Part shown: one piece after another, positions 10,625-22,389 of the stretch | How positions within the stretch are numbered: position 1 is the stretch's first letter | Layout of the letters: every line of letters begins with the position of its first letter | NCBI GenBank assembly: GCA_965198115.1 | Contig: OZ240241.1 | Span: forward strand, 992,001 to 1,056,000 | DNA length: 64,000 nt | Direction of reading: 5' to 3' | DNA from: Candidatus Latescibacterota bacterium | GTDB taxonomy: Bacteria; Latescibacterota; UBA2968 | Notes under the pieces: generated by a model | The model's database searches: none | Seen by the model: the letters and a program-made list of their open reading frames with translations, nothing else | Told to the model about the DNA's origin: nothing | Translations under genes and position numbers: made by a program

Positions 10625-11545
10625 CTCCACGGTCTCTCCCAGGGCGACTTCGAGTTGTCTTTGCGTGCGCTGCTCGGTGATGGCGCGCCGCTTTCGCCGA
10701 CCTCGATCGCTCGTCTTCGAGGGAAGTGGGAGGTCGACTTCCAGGACTGGAAAGAAAGGCGTCTGGATAATCGCGAACTGGTCTACGCCTGGGCTGATGG
10801 CATCTACGTCAAAGCCGGGCTCGAGCGCGAGAAGGCGTGTCTGCTGGTCGTGATCGGCGCGATGAGCGACGGCAGCAAGGAGATCCTGGCGATAGAACCC
10901 GGTTATCGAGAGTCTACAGAATCCTGGCTCACGGTGCTACGGGATCTCCGGGATCGCGGGCTCGAACATCCTGTCCTGATCGCCGCGGACGGGAATATGG
11001 GCATCTGGGCGGCCGTTGATCAGGTCTGGCCAGAGAGCCGGCAACAACGGTGCTGGAACCACAAGATCCTCAACGTGCTCGACAAGGTCGCCAAGCGTGC
11101 ACAGGCTGAAGCCCGCGCACTGCTCGTCCAGATCCCCTATGCCGGCACGAAAAAGGAGGCCGAGAAGCTCCGGAAACGCTTTGCCGCACGGTATCGCTCA
11201 CAGTTCCCTGCCGCCGTGGAGACGCTCGAAAGAGACTGGGATCGGATGGTCACGTTCTACGACTTCCCGAAGGAACACTGGAAACACCTGAGAACCACGA
11301 ACGTCGTCGAGAGCCCCTTTGCTTCCGTTCGGCTTCGCACAAACGCCGCCAGGCGATTCAAGAAAGTCAGGAACGCCACGACTCTCATCTGGCGTACGCT
11401 CAAGGTCGCAGAGAGCCGATTCAGGAAACTCACCGCGCCACACTTGCTACAACAAGTCTACGATCAGAAACACTCAACCGGACCGCAGGTCGAAGCCGGG
11501 AAGATGGCCGCCTGATTTCTTTTACACACCTATTGACCTGAGCTC
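10625..11545 (+). mobile_element. IS256 copy 2, 5'-truncated
   Basis: Near-identical to 4630..6003; keeps right end ...TTGACCTGAGCTC; no left end. Confidence 0.93.
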
Positions 11546-11584
11546 ATGAGGTTAAGGTGTTGTGCCTATCCTAGTTGAAACTTA

Positions 11585-11745
11585 GAGGGCTCCAAACTTA
11601 CGTTGGGTAGACGTGTAGGAGCGTATACCCGTAAGAAAGGAGCCCAGATGGAGAAGCTATTTGTAGGCGATGGTGAAGTCAAGGTTGAGGGCGATGTCAT
11701 CGATTTGGAGACGCGTTTGTCGGTGATCCAGGCGCATACCGATCC
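11585..11745 (+). mobile_element. Possible left end of a different IS256-type element
   Basis: GAGGGCTCCAAACTTACGTT start, AAAGGAG RBS, MEKLF..DLETRLSVIQA then abrupt break. Confidence 0.3.
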
Positions 11746-11779
11746 TGCCGCAGCTTGAGCTTGGGCGGCACAGCCCCTC

Positions 11780-12100
11780 TGCTGGACAGGATTGTCACAT
11801 ACCAGATGCCAGAATTGTGGATGGCAACTATTTCTCCACGGCGGTTAAAGATAGGGCTCCCAGAATTGCCGGGAGCGGTCTCGATCGAGTGCTGGAGTAG
11901 GTGACCAGCAAGCGCCGACTTCCACTCCCCATCAAGTGTGATGTCCGATCTATAGGCTCGGATCGCCGAAAGGGTCCCCTCCTTGAAGGTTGGTGAGGGG
12001 TTGACCGCCGCTGGGTTAAATATCTTCTTCGAGGATGCCAGGAAATCCCAAGACGCCCAGTTCATCGCCGAACCGAAGGTCCTGCACGACGGATCAGACC
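11780..12100 (-). pseudogene. Trypsin-like serine protease fragment
   Basis: LQHSIETAPGNSGSPIFNRRGEIVAIH catalytic motif; upstream LRFGDELGVLGFPG lies in another frame. Confidence 0.75.
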
Positions 12101-12317
12101 ACTTGCGATACCGACCACGATTGCGACAGCACCCAAGGTGAGAACGACAAGCGAGATCAGACTGAAGATGCCGGATGCCATTCTGTGTGCTTGCTACGGC
12201 GGAGAGGGGGTTCGTTATTGTAGCACTCTGGAATGCAGCGGTAGGGGGCAGACCTTTGTGTCAGTTTGGGGGTCGAGCAGCAGCTTTCAGCCTATCGTCA
12301 TCCGCGGACTTTTTTTA

Positions 12318-13737
12318 GGCTATATCCGGATCTCTCAACGAGCTGAAGTGGGTGAAGGTGCCGTGGTTCCTGGCATGGGGGCGCGGTTAGCGTGTGCGGA
12401 ACCTCTTCGGAATCTGCTCAGGGATGTTTAGGTCTCCGACGGTAAGGAAGATCATATCGTTGAATGCGTCGAGTGTGCGGAATCCGCTGGCTCGGTTCTT
12501 GACGATTTGGACGATTCGGTTGAGGCCTTCGGCGATGGCGTTGGTAAGACGCGTGTTCACGAATGCGAGGACGCCGAAGAAGTGCTGTCGCAGGGTCCTG
12601 ACGAACTTTCGCAGGGGTTCACGTCGACTTCTGAGTGCGGACGTCGTCCAGCATTTCAGGAAGCGTTCGGCAGCCCAGGGCGCTTTGTATTCCCATAACT
12701 GCTCGAACTCGTCCTTGAGTCTCCAGGCTCTATAGATTCGGTAGTTCGCCTTCTCCAGTGCTTTGAGTGTCCGAGTATCCCCTCTGGAGCGTGTCGCTGA
12801 GTGCCGGTAGAGGAGCCATCGGAGGCCCTTCATGGCTTTGCGCTCATCCGGGGCAGCTTTACGCCACTGGTCCTTACGGACCTCGTCAACGGCGGCATTG
12901 AGAGCCTTGACGATGTGAAAGCGATCGAGGACCAGCTTGGCATTCGGACAGTGTTCCTGGATGGCTCCGATGTAAGCTTCGCTCATGTCGCAGCAGGCCC
13001 ACTCGATCTTGGATCTCTGGTAGGGACTGAGAGCCTCTGTGAAGAACCGATCGATCGTTTTACGCGCCCTGCCGCGGCCAACCCACACCACGCAGAAGCG
13101 GTCCAGATCGTAAACGAGCGTGGCGTACCTGTGACGCTTGGCGTAGGAGATCTCGTCGATCCCGATGGTTTTGAGCCCTCGGATACGATGACCTTCACGA
13201 AGCCGCGTGATGGATCGGTGAAGGAGATCCGACAGCGTCGAGGCAGAGATGCGCAGTAACTCGGACGCCGCCTTCTGCGTCATGGTCTGGCAGTAGCGCA
13301 GCATGGCATACTCGAAGCGATACGTCACCTGAGAGAACCGCTCCGCCCACGGAATCTCCTCGACCACACGACCGTGGGTAGGACACCGAATCTCCCGAGG
13401 ATGGTAGAGAAGCCAGACCCTCCACCCGCACACCGGAATGTCACGCCACCGACGCGGATGGGGCATTGTGCGGACGATTTTACCTCGACGGCCGCACTCC
13501 GGACAACAACAACCATTCTTATGTGGCTTTACGGCGATGACGAAACAGCTTCTCCCCTCAAACCACCAGCTGACAACACGGAACCCCTTGAATCTCAGCA
13601 GTTTCGATAGTAATCTGCTCCCGGTCATAGGTCGCACCCCCTTCGCTTTGATTGTCCTACACACACAACCAAGCGTAGGGAACGATCTATGACCTTGTCA
13701 TTCTATAGTTTCACCGTTGAGAAACCCGGATAGAGCC
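12318..13737 (-). mobile_element. ISL3 copy 2, intact
   Basis: Both IRs; 8-bp TSD TTTTTTTA. Confidence 0.96.
12387..13664 (-). CDS. ISL3-family transposase (only unbroken copy)
   Basis: 425 aa; CPECG Zn-ribbon, GIDE, DRFH, NAIAEGLN. Confidence 0.95.
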   Translation of the reverse strand: MCRTIKAKGVRPMTGSRLLSKLLRFKGFRVVSWWFEGRSCFVIAVKPHKNGCCCPECGRRGKIVRTMPHPRRWRDIPVCGWRVWLLYHPREIRCPTHGRVVEEIPWAERFSQVTYRFEYAMLRYCQTMTQKAASELLRISASTLSDLLHRSITRLREGHRIRGLKTIGIDEISYAKRHRYATLVYDLDRFCVVWVGRGRARKTIDRFFTEALSPYQRSKIEWACCDMSEAYIGAIQEHCPNAKLVLDRFHIVKALNAAVDEVRKDQWRKAAPDERKAMKGLRWLLYRHSATRSRGDTRTLKALEKANYRIYRAWRLKDEFEQLWEYKAPWAAERFLKCWTTSALRSRREPLRKFVRTLRQHFFGVLAFVNTRLTNAIAEGLNRIVQIVKNRASGFRTLDAFNDMIFLTVGDLNIPEQIPKRFRTR

Positions 13738-14005
13738 TTTTTTTAGGCCTCGTGATTGTGCACCGATGACACACGTGTTTCAGACTCGCCATAGACAACA
13801 GCGGCGCACGACTTCCTTCCTCCACCGGGTACCCAGGGCTGTCGCTCTGGGCTATGGGATGCCGCCCTTTGTTGAAACCTTCAACCTTCTGCGACCTCTG
13901 AGCTCCCTGCGGTAAGAGCTTTTCGTCTTTGCTCGTCCTCACTGCGGTCCTAAATTGTTCGCAATCAGGTCTTTAAAGGCACCGCTGGACCTAGGGAGGA
14001 GATCC

Positions 14006-14537
14006 ATGCGAGTTCTCACGTTCTTCGCTTCCCTTCTGCTCGTTACGAATGCGTTCGCCCAATCCAAGGGCACCATCATCGGCCGTGTCGTCGACGACGC
14101 CGGGGAACCTCTGCCCGGTGCGAATGTCGTCGTCGAAGGGACCACTCTCCAGGCGCCCGCGGGCGACGTCACAAACGACCAGGGCCACTACGAAGTCAGA
14201 GGCCTTGGGCACGGGAAATATCGCGTCACCGTTTCCTTCATCGGTTTTAAGACCGTTTCCCGCTCTGTCCAGTTGACTTCCGAGCAGTTGGCCTTCGATG
14301 TCACACTTCAAGCCGATCTGCTTGAACACGATCAGCTGATCCTCTCGGCATCGCGCTCCCAGCAAAAAGCGCTCGACGCACCGGCCTCTGTTTCTGTCAT
14401 CACCGGCGACGAAGTCAACAGCACACCCGCCCTCAACGTGGCGGAGAACATCCGTTCCCAGCCGGGTGTCGACTTTGTCAAAACGGGTCTGGTCCAGAAC
14501 AACGTCGTTGCTCGAGGATTCAACAACGTCTTCTCCG
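14006..14537 (+). pseudogene. 5' fragment of TonB-dependent receptor
   Basis: GGAGG RBS, signal peptide, GTIIGRVVD..GEPLPGANV N-terminal domain, plug ASRSQQKALDAPASVSVIT..ARGFN; no barrel. Confidence 0.88.
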
Positions 14538-14539
14538 CA

Positions 14540-16694
14540 TCAGAGGAAATCGAGGGTGTGGCTTCTTTCGAACCGATGTCGACACACCAGCGAGCGGCCG
14601 GGGAGACATCACCGTTTATCCCGGGTTCGACGGCGGGTTACCCGGAGAACACGTCGGACCGGAAGAAAACGCACTCAAAGATCGATTGCGCACACGCGCC
14701 ACGGCCAGCCGCTACCACGATGCTGGCGCCGACGGGATCTATGTCTTCAACTGGCACGCGGGCCCGAACACACGACGAGAACTCCTCATACAGATCGGAT
14801 CGTCGGAAACACTCAAGGGTACCGACAAGATTTATGGGCTATATCCGGATCTCTCAACGAGCTGAAGTGGGTGAAGGTGCCGTGGTTCCTGGCATGGGGG
14901 CGCGGTTAGAGTGTGCGGAACCTCTTCGGAATCTGCTCAGGGATGTTTATGTCTCCGACGGTAAGGAAGATCATATCGTTGAATGCGTCGAGTGTGCGGA
15001 ATCCGCTGGCTCGGTTCTTGACGATTTGGACGATTCGGTTGAGGCCTTCGGCGATGGCGTTGGTAAGACGCGTGTTCACGAATGCGAGGACGCCGAAGAA
15101 GTGCTGTCGCAGGGTCCTGACGAACTTTCGCAGGGGTTCAAGTCGACTTCTGAGTGCGGACGTCGTCCAGCATTTCAGGAAGCGTTCGGCAGCCCAGGGC
15201 GCTTTGTATTCCCAGAACTGCTCGAACTCGTCCTTGAGTCTCCAGGCTCTATAGATTCGGTAGTTCGCCTTCTCCAGTGCTTTGAGTGTCCGAGTATCCC
15301 CTCTGGAGCGTGTCGCTGAGTGCCGGTAGAGGAGCCTCGGAGGCCCTTCATGGCTTTGCGCTCATCCGGGGCAGCTTTACGCCACTGGTCCTTACGGACC
15401 TCGTCAACGGCGGCATTGAGAGCCTTGACGATGTGAAAGCGATCGAGGACCAGCTTGGCATTCGGACAGTGTTCCTGGATGGCTCCGATGTAAGCTTCGC
15501 TCATGTCGCAGCAGGCCCACTCGATCTTGGATCTCCGGTAGGGACTGAGAGCCTCTGTGAAGAACCGATCGATCGTTTTACGCGCCCTGCCGCGGCCAAC
15601 CCACACCACGCAGGAGCGGTCCAGATCGTAAACGAGCGTGGCGTACCTGTGACGCTTGGCGTAGGAGATCTCGTCGATCCCGATGGTTTTGAGCCCTCGG
15701 ATACGATGACCTTCACGAAGCCGCGTGATGGATCGGTGAAGGAGATCCGACAGCGTCGAGGCAGAGATGCGCAGTAACTCGGACGCCGCCTTCTGCGTCA
15801 TGGTCTGGCAGTAGCGCAGCATGGCATACTCGAAGCGATACGTCACCCGAGAGAACCGCTCCGCCCACGGAATCTCCTCGACCACACGACCGTGGGTAGG
15901 ACACCGAATCTCCCGAGGATGGTAGAGAAGCCAGACCCTCCACCCGCACACCGGAATGTCACGCCACCGACGCGGATGGGGCATTGTGCGGACGATTTTA
16001 CCTCGACGGCCGCACTCCGGACAACAACAACCATTCTTATGTGGCTTTACGGCGATGACGAAACAGCTTCTCCCCTCAAACCACCAGCTGACAACACGGA
16101 ACCCCTTGAATCTCAGCAGTTTCGATAGTAATCTGCTCCCGGTCATAGGTCGCACCCCCTTCGCTTTGATTGTCCTACACACACAACCAAGCGTAGGGAA
16201 CGATCTATGACCTTGTCATTCTATAGTTTCACCGTTGAGAAACCCGGATAGAGCCGATTTATGCTGCAACCCACCGCGTCATCGTCAAAGAGGGCGACTG
16301 GCGGGGCGCCTATCGCGGAGATCGGTTGCGCGGCGACGTTCCCGTGGCCCTCAAGCGCACGCTCACCGGAGACGGACCCACGGTGGCGCTGAATGTCGCC
16401 GACGAAGACCTGTCATCGGCCGAGCTCCGACTACGACTGCAGGATTGGGTCGTGGGCGATACGATCGGGGTATGGTGGGACGACACGCAGCTGGTCGATC
16501 CTGACATCCGCTACTGCCACGCGGGCGTCCCTCACCCGATCAGCGCTGTCAGCGGGGCGGCCTGGCTGCACTACGATCTGGGCGAAATCGCTGCAGGACC
16601 GCACCAAGTGAAGGTTGCGCTGATCGAGCGCCATCCTTAGCTTGCCTGTGACTTGATACTCACCGATGTGGAAATCGTCATCCGACACGGCTGA
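14540..16694 (+). pseudogene. 3' fragment of a glycoside-hydrolase-like TIM-barrel protein, split by ISL3, with internal TAG
   Basis: ..YHDAGADGIYVFNW..TDKIY|AATHR.. is in frame across the TSD; ERHP*LACDLILTDVEIVIRHG*. Confidence 0.6.
14837..16255 (-). mobile_element. ISL3 copy 3 (1-nt deletion frameshift in transposase near 15337)
   Basis: Both IRs; 8-bp TSD GATTTATG. Confidence 0.96.
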
Positions 16695-16718
16695 AGGTTG
16701 CCGAACAAGGAGGCCAAT

Positions 16719-17411
16719 GTGGCAAACGTCTACGCAGCATTCCGATCGCCTTATGCCCAGCCCAACGGCATGCAAATGACGGACGAGGGCCTGTGGGTGG
16801 TCGACCAGGTCACCGACCGTTGCGCCCTCGTCGAGACCGAAAACATCAACCGCTATGGCAAAACGGAGGTTCTTCGGGAATTCGAGACCGAATCGTCCAA
16901 CACCAGCGGCCTGACCTACGGCGACGGCGCCCTCTGGCTGGCCGCAAACGGCCCGGGGGCCAAGTATCGCCCCGGACGCGACACGGATTTCCCGTCGGGA
17001 GCCACGGTCAAGGTCGACCCCCAAACCGGCAAGACGCTCGATTCCTGGCCCATGCCCCACGAGGGGGGAACGCACGGCATCGAGTTCGACAACCACGAAG
17101 TGGGCACCATGTGGTTGGCCACTGGAAAAACCATGTCTCAGGTAAAGATGGAAGACCGATCGGTCATCCGGGAGGTCGAGATGCCCTACGGTCGCTCACA
17201 CGGAGTCGTTCGAGTTGAGGACGGCCTTTGGATCGCCTTCACAAACGATCGATGCCTCATCAAATTCGACATCGAGTCGAACGAAGAAATGGTCCGCATC
17301 GACATCCCGGAATGCCATCCCGCCCCCCACGGCGTGTCCATCTACAACGGAGGATTCATCTACTGCGACTCCTCCACAGGCTGGATCGGCATCATCGAAA
17401 CGAAAGTCTGA
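16719..17411 (+). CDS. Vgb/NHL-like beta-propeller protein
   Basis: AAGGAGG RBS and GTG start; repeated P.G...G.LW blade motifs. Confidence 0.7.
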   Translation: MANVYAAFRSPYAQPNGMQMTDEGLWVVDQVTDRCALVETENINRYGKTEVLREFETESSNTSGLTYGDGALWLAANGPGAKYRPGRDTDFPSGATVKVDPQTGKTLDSWPMPHEGGTHGIEFDNHEVGTMWLATGKTMSQVKMEDRSVIREVEMPYGRSHGVVRVEDGLWIAFTNDRCLIKFDIESNEEMVRIDIPECHPAPHGVSIYNGGFIYCDSSTGWIGIIETKV

Positions 17412-17420
17412 AACCCCTAG

Positions 17421-17565
17421 ACCACGGAATACACGGAAAACAACAGCTCGGCCGACCCCCGAGCCACCTCCGGGCACCTCGCGGATAGCGCCACCGACCC
17501 ACGGAGCCCTCCCTTCCGTGTGTTCAGTGTGTTCCCTGGTTCCACGGTTTCTTTCGTGTATTTCG
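17421..17565. repeat. Inverted 9-mer repeat cluster
   Basis: ACCACGGAATACACGGAA ... TTCCGTGTGTTCAGTGTGTTCCCTGG ... TTTCGTGTATTTCG. Confidence 0.6.
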
Positions 17566-17750
17566 CCCGCCTTTGCGAATTGCACCGACCAGTCGATGTA
17601 TCGCGGGTGCTGCGTGCTGTAGGGTGACCGGATCAACAGGACGGGGAATCGGTCACCTCTGGCCGGGCGGTACATGGCGGCGTAGAGGTTCACGCCGTCC
17701 CGCATGGGGATCTTCAGATCGAGCTGTATGTGAACGTCGGGTTCCGCCAT
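17563..17750 (-). pseudogene. 5' fragment of CocE/NonD-family hydrolase
   Basis: IPMRDGVNLYAAMYRP..FPVLLIRSPY; breaks after about 62 codons. Confidence 0.85.
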
Positions 17751-17762
17751 TGCTCAGCCGCT

Positions 17763-18779
17763 TTACATCCCGTCCCAGACTTCGTCGAACAGGCGCATCC
17801 AGTTGTCGCCCAGGATCTTTCTGACGTCATCGTCGCCGTAGCCCCGATTGGTCAAGGTCGTCGCCAGGTTGGGAAATTTGTCGGGTGTCTCGAAGTCTTT
17901 CGGACATTCCAAGTCTTTCGGACATTCCGCGAAGCTTCTGTAGTTGGCGGTCGACTTGACGAAGGTCGAAGGCCACTTGGTGCCCTGCTGCGAGCCGATA
18001 TAGCGCCAGAAAGATTCGGGCTGATCCTGCGTGAAGTCCGTTCCGACAGCGACTTGGTCGATGCCGACGCGATCGATCAGATCTTCTATCGCGTCCGCGT
18101 AATCCCCGATCGTGGAATCGAATTTCCTCGGGAGGAAGTTGGGGAAAGAGGTCGAGCCGATGACCCCATCTCTCTCTTTCAACAGCTGCAGCACATCGTC
18201 CGGCTTGTTGCGAGGATGGTCGCAGAAGGCTCTGGCATTCGAGTGGGTGATGGCGACCGGCTTCTGCGAGTGCTCGATCGACTCGAGCGTCGATGTGTCG
18301 CCCACGTGCGACAGGTCGACGAGGATCCCCAGGCGGTTCATTTCGTGGATCGCGTCGACCCCGAAATTGCTCAAGCCTTCGTCGCAGCGTTCCCAACATC
18401 CGTTTCCGAGCAGGTTTCGCTCGTGGTAGGTGACCTGGATGATCTTGACACCGAGATCGTGGAAGATGCTGAGCTTTTTGAGGTCGTTTTCGATCGGGGA
18501 GGCGTTCTGGAAACCGAGGATGATGCCGACACGGTTTTCCTCTTTGGCCCGTCCGATGTCAGCGGTGGATCGGACCTGAATCAGCGTGCTCCCGTTCGAT
18601 TCGAATCGCTCGGGCCATTTTGAAAGATGGTCCAGTGTCTCGATGAAATTCTCCCACGCGACAACAGTGGCGTTGATGGCGGTTACACCGCCGGCGTGAA
18701 GGCTCTTGAAGACAGCCGGGCTGTCCCAATTGCTCACGTTCAGACCGTCGATGACGATCGCGTCTTCGTAGACACCCAT
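17763..18779 (-). CDS. Membrane dipeptidase family (peptidase M19)
   Basis: DLSH, ITHSNARA..HPRNK, GTDF, KILGDNWMR; 18-nt in-frame duplication (ECPKDL-ECPKDF). Confidence 0.92.
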   Translation of the reverse strand: MGVYEDAIVIDGLNVSNWDSPAVFKSLHAGGVTAINATVVAWENFIETLDHLSKWPERFESNGSTLIQVRSTADIGRAKEENRVGIILGFQNASPIENDLKKLSIFHDLGVKIIQVTYHERNLLGNGCWERCDEGLSNFGVDAIHEMNRLGILVDLSHVGDTSTLESIEHSQKPVAITHSNARAFCDHPRNKPDDVLQLLKERDGVIGSTSFPNFLPRKFDSTIGDYADAIEDLIDRVGIDQVAVGTDFTQDQPESFWRYIGSQQGTKWPSTFVKSTANYRSFAECPKDLECPKDFETPDKFPNLATTLTNRGYGDDDVRKILGDNWMRLFDEVWDGM

Positions 18780-18782
18780 GTC

Positions 18783-19060
18783 TTAGCCTGATGCGTGGAC
18801 GAATCGATCGAGACGGAACCGCTCGATCGGATAGGTTGTCTCGCCTGTGGTGGCCAGGTCGGCGAGGATTCGGCCGAAGAGGGTCGAGAATTTGAACCCG
18901 TGTCCGGAAAACCCCGCGGCAATCAGGACGTTGGGATGGTGCGGGTGAAAGCCGATGAGGAAGTCCCGGTCCGGTGTCACGTATACATGCAATGTGGATC
19001 CTGATACGAATGTGGCGTCGACCTGAGGCAGGATGAATAGTAACGCACCTTGCGCGATCG
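18783..19060 (-). pseudogene. 3' fragment of sarcosine/N-methyltryptophan oxidase-like FAD enzyme
   Basis: TPDRDFLIG..AAGFSGHGFKF. Confidence 0.85.
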
Positions 19061-19439
19061 CCATTGTGCGTCGCCCGGCAGGATTGAAACCGTCGGCGTT
19101 TCGACTTCTCGCATCAGTTCTCTCCCTGCAAGATCCCCAGGAATCTCACGTCGAGCTTTGGCTGACTCTTGGGAATGGCGTGATGACAGTTGATTTCCAG
19201 GGGGTGCCCGGCAACTGGCCGTGATCGAGACCGTCGACAATCCAGGCCTTTCAGTTGAGCGTGAGCAAGCGTCAAGACCGACCTCGTGACCGTGTTCTCC
19301 TTGCTCGTCTCGCCGGTTGAATTTTCACAGTACCTTTGCACTTTGGGTATCGCACACAACCGTAAAACGATCCAAATAGGCCTTTCTGCAGGCGTGTCTC
19401 TGCCCCGCAATCCGGGTATGGCGAGCCTTCCTCCGGCAG

Positions 19440-19560
19440 ATTTGGTTCGCGGCGGCCGCTTTATCTCCGCCTTCATATTCCGTTTCCAACCACAGCTTGC
19501 TTCACATTCAAAGTAAGGCCCGTATTTACCGTCCTTAAACACCGAATGCATACCACAACT
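19440..19560 (-). pseudogene. Topoisomerase-type C4 zinc-ribbon fragment
   Basis: KDGKYGPYFECEASCGW. Confidence 0.45.
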
Positions 19561-19617
19561 CTCACAACGCGGATTCTCTGCTTCCGCTACGTTTGCTACA
19601 GGGGGGAGATTCCCGAC

Positions 19618-21375
19618 CTATTCTTTTTCAAAGCCCTGACTCGTGAACTTCAGTGTCCGGCTGTTTTCCGTGACCGTGCGAATGACGTGATCCGGGGCTC
19701 CCTCCGGCACCTCGGCTTCTATCTCAAGGGTCACCGTGACCTGAGCCCCCACCAGGCCGGAAAGATGCGAGATCACCTCCTCCGCAATCCGGCTCGCGTC
19801 GCGGCCCACCCTCGCGGAATCAAGTGTCGCGGTCCCATGAAACCGAGTCGGTTGCGGCGCCGGCGGTGTGCCCGCCGGAACCTCCCCGGGACCCAATTCT
19901 TCGCCTGGGACCGGGATCTCTCCACCCGTCCCTGCATCGTCTGCTTTTCCACTGATCGATGGTGCCCTCTCGGCATCCAGCTGTTGACGCGCGATATCCG
20001 TCTTGACGAGCAATCCAGGAGCATCCGCATCCGGCAATGAAATGACTCGCCCACCACGTAAACCACGATATCGCTTTGCCGCATCGTCAAAGCTGTCCGC
20101 GAACGCATACGCATCCTGCTCCCAGGTGAGAAGGGCGATGCCATCTCTGATTGCATTTAGAAGAACCGTCGAGTCGCTGACCCGTGGCAGATAGAGATAC
20201 CGCGCAAAATCCTCGACGATTTGTTTGATCGACACATGGTCGCCGCGCCAGAGAGGTACGCGATCAAGCTCCATCCGTAGTCGAGTGGCGGCAAAGCCGG
20301 TCACCAGCAGCTCATCGCTTTTCAGCTTCTTGCTCGCCCTGGCTGCGAGCGAATGCTGGCCCGACAGCCTCACGGCCTGCCACTCCATCGAGGCCTCGGG
20401 ACGGGTCTGAACCGGAACCAGGAGCCACTGGTACGTCTCCGGGAGCCGAGCCGTAACCGCGCCGGAGGCAGCCTCCTTTTGGGTTTCGGCCTGCTTGACC
20501 TGATGAGGCGAAAGGTCGAGCTGTTCTCGCTCACCGAGTATCGATTCCCATGCCAAGTACCGCCGGACCGCCTCATCGAGATCCTGTAGCCTCGTCTTGT
20601 CCGCGGCCAGAAAAACGAGTGTGTTGCGACAGATCCTCGGCGCGCTACCCCTCGATTCCAAGATGGCTTGCGCCGCGGTCTCTGCGGGATTTCCCTTCTC
20701 TTTGCTGTAGGGCGTGTCGATTCCGAGCACCACGAGTCGTGCATCGAGGTCATCCGGAACATCCTGCCCGGATTGCGGGAGGGGATGCACTCGATTGAAG
20801 TCACCCGTGTCGCGGAGATCCGAGCGGAGTCGCGAACCGAGCTCCTGCACTACCTTGTCGGGGTTGCGCTTCAACTGCTCGGCGCGATCCTCCGCCACCT
20901 TCGTGACGGTTGGCTGCGTGGAGTACCAGTAACGAGGACCATCCTGGTAGAGGTACGTTGCCGCACCGGCCAGACGCCGCAGCGCGTCGCCGAACACCGC
21001 CGGAGACTCCCCCGGCATGACACAGCCGAGTTTGACGCGACGGTCCTCAAGACCCCGATGCGCCGCATCGGCGGTGGGGGCGGATCCGAGATAAATCGCT
21101 CGCGCGACGCGTCGGGAAGCATGGAACTTTCCGAGGTTCGGAACCGCGCGGTCAATCCGTAGGGGCAGCGAGCTGGGCCCGTCCACGTCTTTCTCGATCA
21201 CCGGCACCCAATTGTCGGGGAGATACCGGGTCAGCTCGAACTGTACGCGTGGATCGTCGATCGCTATGTTCGCCGGCAGAATCAGCGGATTCCTGTCGTC
21301 TTTCTCCCACAGGCTGTGAATCACGGCCGCCATCAACCGCAACACGCCACGCGTGCGCTGGAATTTCACCAGCGT
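19618..21375 (-). pseudogene. C-terminal ~580 aa of DUF499-family AAA+ ATPase
   Basis: KFQRTRGVLRLMAAVIH, YWYSTQPTV, RNTLVFLAAD, RTVTENSRTLKF; 5' part replaced by IS1380 sequence. Confidence 0.85.
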
Positions 21376-21376
21376 C

Positions 21377-21666
21377 CTACTACGTTCTGGGCCAGGGCGC
21401 CAACTCCAAGCTCAAAGCGGCTGGACAAAACCTGATGGACCAAGCGCTACGTCTGAGCGAGCATAAGGAGACGATTCGCTTGTTCTCATCCTTCTCATAT
21501 CAGGCTGGCACCTGGCGGCAGCCTCGCCGGATCATTCACAAGGCTGAAGTCACAAACGGCGAAGCAAATCCAAGATACCTCGTGACCAATTTACAGAGTA
21601 ATCGAGACGGCTTTATCTATGATCGTATCTACTGCGCAAGGGGACGCACGGAAGGCTTCATCAAGG
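21377..21666 (+). mobile_element. Internal fragment of the same IS1380
   Basis: Near-identical to the reverse complement of 7945..8195; no IS ends. Confidence 0.9.
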
Positions 21667-21823
21667 CCCCCGATCGTTCGACCGGGGGCTGAGTTCCTTT
21701 CCTACCGTCTTGGTGGATTCCTACACCTACACCTTCTATCAACGGAGCCCTCGGCCCGGCTCGATTGCCCTCAATCACTTCTACGACATCGATCTGATTA
21801 AGACCAGCCCCCGCATCCTCCAA

Positions 21824-22011
21824 GTTTCAATACAGTCATGCATCCCCCAGGCTTTCATACGGCCCTTTTAAGCTCTTTTCGCCCCGAAAGGGCACCCATT
21901 ACTACTTTCAACCTCAAAGCCTCCTTAAAAGGCTTGTATGAGGGTCTCAGTGGCGCAGACTGCTTCCTCCCTGCGACTTCGACGCCCGCCATCGCTCCGG
22001 CGCGGAACCAA
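21824..22011 (-). CRISPR. Orphan leader-like segment plus single 37-nt repeat (unit 1)
   Basis: Minus-strand repeat 21860..21824 GTATGAAAGCCTGGGGGATGCATGACTGTATTGAAAC; homologous to unit 2; no second repeat, no cas gene. Confidence 0.55.
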
Positions 22012-22019
22012 CCCAGCCC

Positions 22020-22197
22020 TCCCAGGCCGCCCGAGCTCGCGCTTGAGACGAAAGGTTTCACGCTCGGCCTTGATCGCTGCCTTCAGCGCAGGGCCTTTCG
22101 GCGTCAGCTCCCGCCGCAACTTGAAGGCGACCTCGGACAGGCCGGCGTGGGCCTCGGCTACCGTTTCGACCAGCTCCTGGAGTTCGTCTTCGGTCAT
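22020..22197 (-). CDS. Small helical hypothetical protein (MGE-like)
   Basis: MTEDELQELVETVAEAHAGLSEVAFKLRRELTPKGPALKAAIKAERE; 3' end uncertain because the ORF runs into unit 1. Confidence 0.45.
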
Positions 22198-22389
22198 CTG
22201 CCCCCCATGCGGTTGTCGGTAAACAATGGTAGCCATGAGGGCGTATTGGCCCCTGGCGTCCGGTCTTGCGCTACGCCCTCGCCGGCCACCGTCAACTCAC
22301 TACGCCCGCCGCACGGAATTTTGGTGGAACCCCAAGCGGCCCGACGAACGGGTGCTGTGGAACGGCAGCACCCGTGCGAAAAGCGGCCA

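Noticed and set aside
11745-11780. Possible integron attC half-site (GCCGCCCAAGCTCAAGCTGCGG on the minus strand)
   Set aside because: No matching second arm, no array and no integrase; too short to support.
13955-15319. 454-aa ORF as a real gene
   Set aside because: Chimeric read-through of the TonB fragment, an off-frame GH fragment and antisense ISL3.
12318-16255. Composite transposon formed by ISL3 copies 2 and 3
   Set aside because: Each copy has its own matched 8-bp TSD, so they are independent insertions.
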